64,000 nt of DNA from Cyanophora paradoxa CCMP329 (lineage: Eukaryota; Plantae; Glaucophyta). Under the pieces are notes generated by a model. The model ran no database searches and was not told the DNA's origin. It saw nothing but the letters and a program-made list of their open reading frames with translations. Both the position numbers and the translations under genes were made by a program. Positions 54,477-64,000 of this stretch are shown in pieces (position 1 is the first letter of the stretch; each line of letters starts with the position of its first letter). Where the stretch lies: NCBI GenBank assembly GCA_004431415.1, contig QPMI01000280.1, positions 1,323 through 65,322 on the forward strand, in the 5' to 3' direction.

Positions 54477-57400
54477 TAGAAGAAAGATGCGCTTCACATC
54501 TCTCTGGGAGAATATGCACAAGGCGCTAGCCTTAGGCAGATTACTCTTCCAACCAGCAAGTCACGCAGTCAGAGGCTGCAGGTTTCCGATCTGCCAGAAA
54601 AAAGAAGAAGGATGCACTTCAAATCTCTCTGGGGGAATATGCACAAGGCGCTAGCCTTAGGCAGATTACTCTTCCAACCAGCAAGTCACCCAGTCAGAGG
54701 CCGCAGGTTTCCAATCTGCCAGAAAATAGAAGAAGGATGCACCCCAAATCTCTCTGGGGGAATATGCACAAGGCGCTAGCCTTAGGCGAATGACCCACCC
54801 ACCAGCAAGTCACTCAGTTGAAGGCCCCAGGTTTCCGATCTGCCACAAAATAGAAGAGAGAGATGCACCCCAAATCTCTCTGGGGGAATATGCACAAGGC
54901 GCTAGCCTTAGGCAGATGACCCACCCACCAGCAAGTCACTCAGTTGAAGGCCCCAGGTTTCTGATCCGCCACAAAATAGAAGAAAGATGCACTTCAAATC
55001 TCTCTGGGGGAATATGCACAAGGCGCTAGCCTTAGGCAGATGACCCACCCACCAGCAAGTCACTCAGTTGAAGGCCCCAGGTTTCCGATCTGCCAGAAAA
55101 TAGAAGAAAGATGCACCCCAAATCTCTCTGGGGGAATATGCACAAGGCGCTAGCCTTAGGCAGATGACCCACCCACCAGCAAGTCACTCAGTCGAAGGCC
55201 GCAGGTTTCCGATCTGCCACAAAATAGAAGAAAGATGCACCCCAAATCTCTCTGGGGGAATATGCACAAGGCTCTAGCCTTAGGCAAATGACCCACCCAC
55301 CAGCAAGTCACTCAGTCGAAGGCCCCAGGTTTCTGATCTGCCACAAAATAGAAGAAAGATGCACCCCAAATCTCTCTGGGGGAATATGCACAAGGCGCTA
55401 GCCTTAGGCAAATGACCCACCCACCAGCAAGTCACTCAGTCAGAGGCCCCAGGTTTCCGATCTGCCAGAAAATAGAAGAAGGATGCACTTCAAATCTCTC
55501 TGGGGGAATATGCACAAGGCGCTGGCCTTAGGCAGATGACCCACCCACCAGCAAGTCACTCAGTCGAAGGCCTCAGGTTTCCGATCTGCCACAAAATAGA
55601 AGAAAGATGCGCTTCACATCTCTCTGGGAGAATATGCACAAGGCGCTAGCCTTAGGCAGATTACTCTTCCAACCAGCAAGTCACCCAGTCAGAGGCTGCA
55701 GGTTTCCGATCTGCCAGAAAAAAGAAGAAGGATGCACTTCAAATCTCTCTGGGGGAATATGCACAAGGCGCTAGCCTTAGGCAGATTACTCTTCCAACCA
55801 GCAAGTCACCCAGTCAGAGGCCGCAGGTTTCCGATCTGCCAGAAAATAGAAGAAGGATGCACTTCAAATCTCTCTGGGGGAATATGCACAAGGCTCTAGC
55901 CTTAGGCGAATGACCCACCCACCAGCAAGTCACTCAGTTGAAGGCCCCAGGTTTCCGATCTGCCACAAAATAGAAGAAAGATGCACCCCAAATCTCTCTG
56001 GGGGAATATGCACAAGGCGCTGGCCTTAGGCAGATGACCCACCCACCAGCAAGTCACTCAGTTGAAGGCCCCAGGTTTCTGATCCGCCACAAAATAGAAG
56101 AAAGATGCACTTCAAATTTCTCTGGGGGAATATGCACAAGGCTCTAGCCTTAGGCAGATGACCCACCCACCAGCAAGTCACTCAGTTGAAGGCCCCAGGT
56201 TTCCGATCTGCCACAAAATAGAAGAAAGATGCACCCCAAATCTCTCTGGGGGAATATGCACAAGGCGCTAGCCTTAGGCAGATGACCCACCCACCAGCAA
56301 GTCACTCAGTCGAAGGCCCCAGGTTTCCGATCTGCCACAAAATAGAAGAAAGATGCACCCCAAATCTCTCTGGGGGAATATGCACAAGGCTCTAGCCTTA
56401 GGCAAATGACCCACCCACCAGCAAGTCACTCAGTCGAAGGCCCCAGGTTTCTGATCTGCCACAAAATAGAAGAAGGATGCACCCCAAATCTCTCTGGGGG
56501 AATATGCACCAGGCGCTAGCCTTAGGCGAATGACCCACCCACCAGCAAGTCACTCAGTCAGAGGCCCCAGGTTTCCGATCTGCCACAACATAGATGAAGA
56601 ATGCACCCCAAATCTCTCTGGGGGAATATGCACAAGGCGCTAGCCTTAGGCAGATTACTCTTCCAACCAGCAAGTCACTCAGTTGAAGGCCCCAGGTTTC
56701 CGATCTGCCACAAAATAGAAGAAAGATGCACCCCAAATCTCTCTGGGGGAATATGCACAAGGCGCTAGCCTTAGGCAGATGATCCACCCACCAGCAAGTC
56801 ACGCAGTCAGAGGCTGCAGGTTTCCGATCTGCCAGAAAATAGAAGAAGGATGCACTTCAAATCTCTCTGGGGGAATATGCACAAGGCGCTGGCCTTAGGC
56901 AGATTACTCTTCCAACCAGCAAGTCACCCAGTCAGAGGCCGCAGGTTTCCAATCTGCCAGAAAATAGAAGAAAGATGCACCCCAAATCTCTCTGGGGGAA
57001 TATGCACAAGGCTCTAGCCTTAGGCGAATGACCCACCCACCAGCAAGTCACTCAGTTGAAGGCCCCAGGTTTCCGATCTGCCACAAAATAGAAGAAAGAT
57101 GCACCCCAAATCTCTCTGGGGGAATATGCACAAGGCGCTAGCCTTAGGCAGATGACCCACCCACCAGCAAGTCACTCAGTTGAAGGCCCCAGGTTTCTGA
57201 TCTGCCACAAAATAGAACGCAGATGCACCCCAAATCTCTCTGGGGGAATATGCACAAGGCGCTAGCCTTAGGCAGATGACCCACCCACCAGCAAGTCACT
57301 CAGTTGAAGGCCCCAGGTTTCCGATCTGCCACAAAATAGAAGAAAGATGCACCCCAAATCTCTCTGGGGGAATATGCACAAGGCTCTAGCCTTTGGAAGA

Positions 57401-60400
57401 TGACCCACCAACCAGCAAGTCACTCAGTTGAAGGCCCCAGGTTTCCGATCTGCCAGAAAATAGAAGAAGGATGCACTTCAAATCTCTCTGGGGGAATATG
57501 CACAAGGCGCTAGCCTTAGGCAGATGACCCACCCACCAGCAAGTCACTCAGTCGAAGGCCCCAGGTTTCCGATCTGCCACAAAATAGAAGAAAGATGCAC
57601 CCCAAATCTCTCTGGGGGAATATGCACAAGGCGCTAGCCTTAGGCAGATGACCCACCCACCAGCAAGTCACTCAGTCAAAGGCCCCAGGTTTCCGATCTG
57701 CCACAAAATAGAAGAAAGATGCACCCCAAATCTCTCTGGGGGAATATGCACAAGGCGCTAGCCTTAGGCAGATGACCCACCCACCAGCAAGTCACTCAGT
57801 TGAAGGCCCCAGGTTTCGATCTGCCACAAAATAGAAGAAAGATGCACTTCAAATCTCTCTGGGGGAATATGCACAAGGCGCTAGCCTTAGGCAGATGACC
57901 CACCCACCAGCAAGTCACTCAGTGAAGGCCCCAGGTTTCCGATCTGCCACAAAATAGAAGAAAGATGCACCCCAAATCTCTCTGGGGAATATGCACAAGG
58001 CGCTAGCCTTAGGCAGATGACCACCCACCAGCAAGTCACTCAGCGAAGGCCCAGGTTTCCGATCTGCCACAAAATAGAAGAAAGATGCACCCAAATCTCT
58101 CTGGGGGAATATGCACAAGGCTCTAGCCTTAGGCAAATGACCCACCCACCAGCAAGTCACTCAGTCGAAGGCCCCAGGTTTCGATCTGCCACAAAATAGA
58201 AGAAAGATGCACCCCAAATCTCTCTGGGGGAATATGCACAAGGCGCTAGCCTTAGGCAAATGACCCACCCACCAGCAAGTCACTCAGTCAGAGGCCCCAG
58301 GTTTCCGATCTGCCACAAAATAGAAGAAGGATGCACCCCAAATCTCTCTGGGGGAATATGCACAAGGCGCTAGCCTTAGGCAGATACCCACCCACCAGCA
58401 AGTCACTCAGTCGAAGGCCCCAGGTTTCCGATCTGCCAGAAAATAGAAGAAAGATGCACCCCAAATCTCTCTGGGGAATATGCACAAGGGCTAGCCTTAG
58501 GCAGATGACCACCCACCAGCAAGTCACTCAGTCAAGGCTGCAGTTTCCGATCAGCCAAAAATAGAAGAAGATGCACTTCAAATCTCTCTGGGGGAATATG
58601 CACAAGGCGCTAGCCTTAGCAGATGACTCCCAACCAGCAAGTCACCAGTCAGAGGCCCAGGTTTCCATCTGCCAGAAAATAGAAGAAGATGCACTTCAAA
58701 TCTCTCTGGGGAATATGCACAAGGCTCTAGCCTTAGGCAATGACCCACCCACCAGCAAGTCACTCAGTGAAGGCCCCAGGTTTCCGATCTGCCACAAAAT
58801 AGAAGAGAGAGATGCACTTCAAATCTCTCTGGGGGAATATGCACAAGGCTCTAGCCTTAGGCGAATGACCCACCCACCAGCAAGTCATTCAGTTGAAGGC
58901 CCCAGGTTTCCGATCTGCCACAAAATAGAAGAAGAGATGCACCCCAAATCTCTCTGGGGAATATGCACAAGGCGCTGCCTTAGGCAGATGAACCACCCAC
59001 CAGCAAGTCACTCAGTGAAGGCCCCAGGTTTCTGATCTGCCAGAAAATAGAAGAAGGATGCACTTCAAATCTCTCTGGGGGAATATGCACAAGGCGCTAG
59101 CCTTAGGCAGATGACCCACCCACCAGCAAGTCACTCAGTCAGAGGCCCCAGGTTTCCGATCTGCCACAAAATAGAAGAAAGATGCACTTCAAATCTCTCT
59201 GGGCGAATATGCACAAGGCGCTAGCCTTAGGCAGATGATCCACCCACCAGCAAGTCACTCAGTCGAAGGCCGCAGGTTTCCGATCTGCCAGAAAATAGAA
59301 GAAGGATGCACCCCAAATCTCTCTGGGGAATATGCACAAGGCCTAGCCTTAGGCAATGACCCACCCACCAGCAAGTCACTCAGTCGAAGGCCCCAGGTTT
59401 CGATCTGCCACAAAATAGAAGAAAGATGCACCCCAAATCTCTCTGGGGAATATGCACCAGGCGCTAGCCTTAGGCAATGACCCACCCACCAGCAAGTCAC
59501 TCAGTCAAGGCCCCAGGTTTCCGATCTGCCACAAAATAGAAGAAGATGCACCCCAAATCTCTCTGGGGAATATGCACAAGGCGCTAGCCTTAGGCAGATG
59601 ACCCACCACCAGCAAGTCACTCAGTTGAAGGCCCCAGGTTTCCGATCTGCCAAAAATAGAAGAAAGATGCACCCAAATCTCTCTGGGGAATATGCACAAG
59701 GCGCTAGCCTTAGGCAGATGACCCACCCACCAGCAAGTCACTCAGTCAAGGCCCAGGTTTCCGATCTGCCAGAAAATAGAAGAAGATGCACTCAAATCTC
59801 TCTGGGGGAATATGCACAAGGCGCTAGCCTTAGGCAGATGACCCCCACCAGCAAGTCACTCAGTCAAGGCCCAGGTTTCCGATCTGCCACAAAATAGAAG
59901 AAGATGCACTCAAATCTCTCTGGGGAATATGCACAAGGCGCTAGCCTTAGGCAGATGACCCACCCACCAGCAAGTCACTCAGTCGAAGGCCCCAGGTTTC
60001 CGATCTGCCACAAAATAGAAGAAAGATGCACCCAAATCTCTCTGGGGAATATGCACAAGGCTCTAGCCTTAGGCAAATGCCCCACCCACCAGCAAGTCAC
60101 TCAGATGAAGGCCCCAGGTTTCCGATCTGCCACAAAATAGAAGAAAGATGCACCCCAAATCTCTCTGGGGGAATATGCACAAGGCGCTAGCCTTAGGCAG
60201 ATGACCCACCCACCAGCAAGTCACTCAGTCGAAGGCCCCAGGTTTCCGATCTGCCACAAAATAGAAGAAAGATGCACTTCAAATCTCTCTGGGGGAATAT
60301 GCACAAGGCGCTAGCCTTAGGCAGATGACCCACCCACCAGCAAGTCACTCAGTCGAAGGCCCCAGGTTTCCGATCTGCCACAAAATAGAAGAAAGATGCA

Positions 60401-63400
60401 CCCCAAATCTCTCTGGGGGAATATGCACAAGGCGCTAGCCTTAGGCAGATGACCCACCCACCAGCAAGTCACTCAGTCGAAGGCCCCAGGTTTCCGATCT
60501 GCCACAAAATAGAAGAAGGATGCACCCCAAATCTCTCTGGGGGAATATGCACAAGGCTCTAGCCTTAGGCAGATGACCCACCCACCAGCAAGTCACTCAG
60601 TCGAAGGCCCCAGGTTTCGGATCTGCCACAAAATAGAAGAAAGATGCACCCCAAATCTCTCTGGGGGAATATGCACAAGGCGCTAGCCTTAGGCAGATGA
60701 CCCACCCACCAGCAAGTCACTCAGTCGAAGGCCCCAGGTTTCCGATCTGCCACAAAATAGAAGAAAGATGCACCCCAAATCTCTCTGGGGGAATATGCAC
60801 AAGGCGCTAGCCTTAGGCAGATGACCCACCCACCAGCAAGTCACTCAGTCGAAGGCCCAGGTTTCCGATCTGCCACAAAATAGAAGAAAGATGCACTCAA
60901 ATCTCTCTGGGGAATATGCACAAGGCGCTAGCCTTAGGCAGATGACCCACCACCAGCAAGTCACTCAGTCAAGGCCCAGGTTTCCGATCTGCCAGAAAAT
61001 AGAAGAAGATGCACTTCAAATCTCTCTGGGGAATATGCACAAGGCGCTAGCCTTAGGCAGATGACCCACCACCAGCAAGTCACTCAGTCAAGGCCCAGGT
61101 TTCCGATCTGCCACAAAATAGAAGAAAGATGCACTCAAATCTCTCTGGGGAATATGCACAAGGCGCTAGCCTTAGGCAGATGACCCACCCACCAGCAAGT
61201 CACTCAGATGAAGGCCCCAGGTTTCCGATCCGCCACAAAATAGAAGAAAGATGCACCCCAAATCTCTCTGGGGAATATGCACAAGGCGCTAGCCTTAGGC
61301 AGATGACCCACCCACCAGCAAGTCACTCAGTGAAGGCCCCAGGTTTCGATCTGCCACAAAATAGAAGAAAGATGCACCCAAATCTCTCTGGGGAATATGC
61401 ACAAGGCCTAGCCTTAGGCAGATGACCCACCCACCAGCAAGTCACTCAGTTGAAGGCCCCAGGTTTCCGATCTGCCACAAAATAGAAGAAAGATGCACTC
61501 CAAATCTCTCTGGGGGAATATGCACAAGGCGCTAGCCTTAGGCAGATGACCCACCCACCAGCAAGTCACTCAGTCGAAGGCCCCAGGTTTCCGATCTGCC
61601 ACAAAATAGAAGAAAGATGCACTTCAAATCTCTCTGGGGGAATATGCACAAGGCGCTAGCCTTAGGCAGATGACCCACCCACCAGCAAGTCACTCAGTCG
61701 AAGGCCCCAGGTTTCGATCTGCCACAAAATAGAAGAAAGATGCACCCCAAATCTCTCTGGGGGAATATGCACAAGGCGCTAGCCTTAGGCAGATGACCCA
61801 CCCACCAGCAAGTCACTCAGTCAAAGGCCCCAGGTTTCCGATCTGCCACAAAATAGAAGAAGGATGCACCCAAATCTCTCTGGGGGAATATGCACAAGGC
61901 GCTAGCCTTAGGCAGATGACCCACCCACCAGCAAGTCACTCAGTCGAAGGCCCCAGGTTTCCGATCTGCCAGAAAATAGAAGAAGGATGCACTTCAAATC
62001 TCTCTGGGGGAATATGCACAAGGCGCTAGCCTTAGGCAGATGACCCACCCACCAGCAAGTCACTCAGTCGAAGGCCCCAGGTTTCCGATCTGCCAAAAAT
62101 AGAAGAAGGATGCACCCCAAATCTCTTTGGGGGAATATGCACAAGGCGCTAGCCTTAGGCAGATGACCCACCCACCAGCAAGTCACTCAGTCGAAGGCCC
62201 CAGGTTTCCGATCTGCCACAAAATAGAAGAAGGATGCACCCAAATCTCTCTGGGGGAATATGCACAAGGCTCTAGCCTTAGGCAGATGACCCACCACCAG
62301 CAAGTCACTCAGTCAAGGCCCAGGTTTCCGATCTGCCAAAAATAGAAGAAAGATGCACCCAAATCTCTCTGGGGAATATGCACAAGGCGCTAGCCTTAGG
62401 CAGATGACCCCACCAGCAAGTCACTCAGTCGAAGGCCCCAGGTTTCCGATCTGCCAGAAAATAGAAGAAGATGCACTTCAAATCTCTCTGGGGGAATATG
62501 CACAAGGCTCTAGCCTTAGGCAGATGACCCACCCACCAGCAAGTCACTCAGTTGAAGGCCCCAGGTTTCCGATCTGCCACAAAATAGAAGAAAGATGCAC
62601 CCCAAATCTCTCTGGGGGAATATGCACAAGGCGCTAGCCTTAGGCAGATGACCCACCCACCAGCAAGTCACTCAGTTGAAGGCCCCAGGTTTCGGATCTG
62701 CCACAAAATAGAAGAAAGATGCACTTCAAATCTCTCTGGGGGAATATGCACAAGGCTCTAGCCTTAGGCAGATGACCCACCCACCAGCAAGTCACTCAGT
62801 CGAAGGCCCCAGGTTTCCGATCTGCCACAAAATAGAAGAAAGATGCACCCAAATCTCTCTGGGGGAATATGCACAAGGCGCTAGCCTTAGGCAGATGACC
62901 CACCCACCAGCAAGTCACTCAGTCAAAGGCCCCAGGTTTCTGATCCCACAAAATAGAAGAAAGATGCACCCCAAATCTCTCTGGGGGAATATGCACAAGG
63001 CGCTAGCCTTAGGCAGATGACCCACCCACCAGCAAGTCACTCAGTCGAAGGCCCCAGGTTTCCGATCTGCCAGAAAATAGAAGAAAGATGCACCCAAATC
63101 TCTCTGGGGGAATATGCACAAGGCGCTAGCCTTAGGCAGATTACTCTTCCAACCAGCAAGTCACTCAGTCAGAGGCCCAGGTTTCCGATCTGCCAGAAAA
63201 TAGAAGAAGGATGCACTTCAAATCTCTCTGGGGGAATATGCACAAGGCGCTAGCCTTAGGCAGATGACCCACCCACCAGCAAGTCACTCAGTTGAAGGCC
63301 CCAGGTTTCCGATCTGCCACAAAATAGAAGAAAGATGCACCCCAAATCTCTCTGGGGGAATATGCACAAGGCGCTAGCCTTAGGCAGATGACCCACCCAC

Positions 63401-64000
63401 CAGCAAGTCACTCAGTTGAAGGCCCCAGGTTTCGATCTGCCACAAAATAGAAGAAAGATGCACTTCAAATCTCTCTGGGGGAATATGCACAAGGCGCTAG
63501 CCTTAGGCAGATGACCCACCCACCAGCAAGTCACTCAGTTGAAGGCCCCAGGTTTCCGATCTGCCAGAAAATAGAAGAAAGATGCACCCCAAATCTCTCT
63601 GGGGGAATATGCACAAGGCGCTAGCCTTAGGCAGATGACCCACCCACCAGCAAGTCACTCAGTCGAAGGCCCCAGGTTTCCGATCTGCCACAAAATAGAA
63701 GAAAGATGCACCCCAAATCTCTCTGGGGGAATATGCACAAGGCGCTAGCCTTAGGCAGATGACCCACCCACCAGCAAGTCACTCAGTGAAGGCCCCAGGT
63801 TTCCGATCTGCCAGAAAATAGAAGAAAGATGCACCCAAATCTCTCTGGGGAATATGCACCAGGCGCTAGCCTTAGGCGATGACCCACCCACCAGCAAGTC
63901 ACTCAGTCAAGGCCCCAGTTTCCGATCTGCCAGAAAATAGAAGAAGGATGCACTTCAAATCTCTCTGGGGAATATGCACAAGGCGCTGGCCTTAGGCAGA
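54477..64000. repeat. Satellite A tandem array (~124-bp monomer), running off the window end
   Basis: Same monomer and orientation as 1-6340 and more homogeneous. The variant gcttcacatc recurs at 54491 and 55611 (~9-mer). Confidence 0.97.

Noticed and set aside
54477-64000. Hammerhead ribozyme in the SatA minus strand (CTGAGTGA, GGAAAC, GTC)
   Set aside because: The core has an extra base, the elements are in the wrong order, and stems I-III cannot be formed convincingly.
57700-64000. Many 1-nt deletions in SatA monomers as biological divergence
   Set aside because: They are mostly homopolymer shortenings in patches, typical of low-coverage long-read consensus error. The same caveat applies to single-base frameshifts elsewhere.

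Overview
Eukaryotic DNA that looks like centromeric or pericentromeric heterochromatin. The organism is not identifiable; its short GC-rich spliceosomal introns have GTGCGC/GTACGC donors. Two related satellites share a ~40-bp core: SatA (~124 bp; 1-6340 and 54477-64000) and SatB (~206 bp; 6341-9174 and 16173-21208). They enclose nested mobile elements. (1) There are two diverged, oppositely oriented copies of a Polinton-like endogenous virus (9175-16172 and 30887-54476). Both begin AGCTGAGCT. They encode an rve integrase and a ~1370-aa fusion of a putative terminal protein, an OTU-like Cys protease, a family-B polymerase, an SF1 helicase and an HNH-like domain. Copy 2 also carries a penton-like minor capsid gene and a packaging-ATPase remnant. 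(2) Two decayed Ty3/gypsy pol regions lie head-to-head. (3) A Helitron2/Helentron with a Rep-PIF1 gene and a non-autonomous relative are present. (4) A 3.27-kb insertion has a perfect 19-bp target-site duplication, an A7 tail, a triple-hairpin 5' end and one ORF1/gag-like gene that still holds seven introns, with no reverse transcriptase. The most novel-looking items are that intron-retaining element and the viral polymerase-helicase fusion, which keeps both catalytic aspartates and is coupled to the integrase by TAATG. All protein calls come from reading motifs by eye; no searches were run. Most short ORFs in the track are satellite or GC-rich shadow ORFs.
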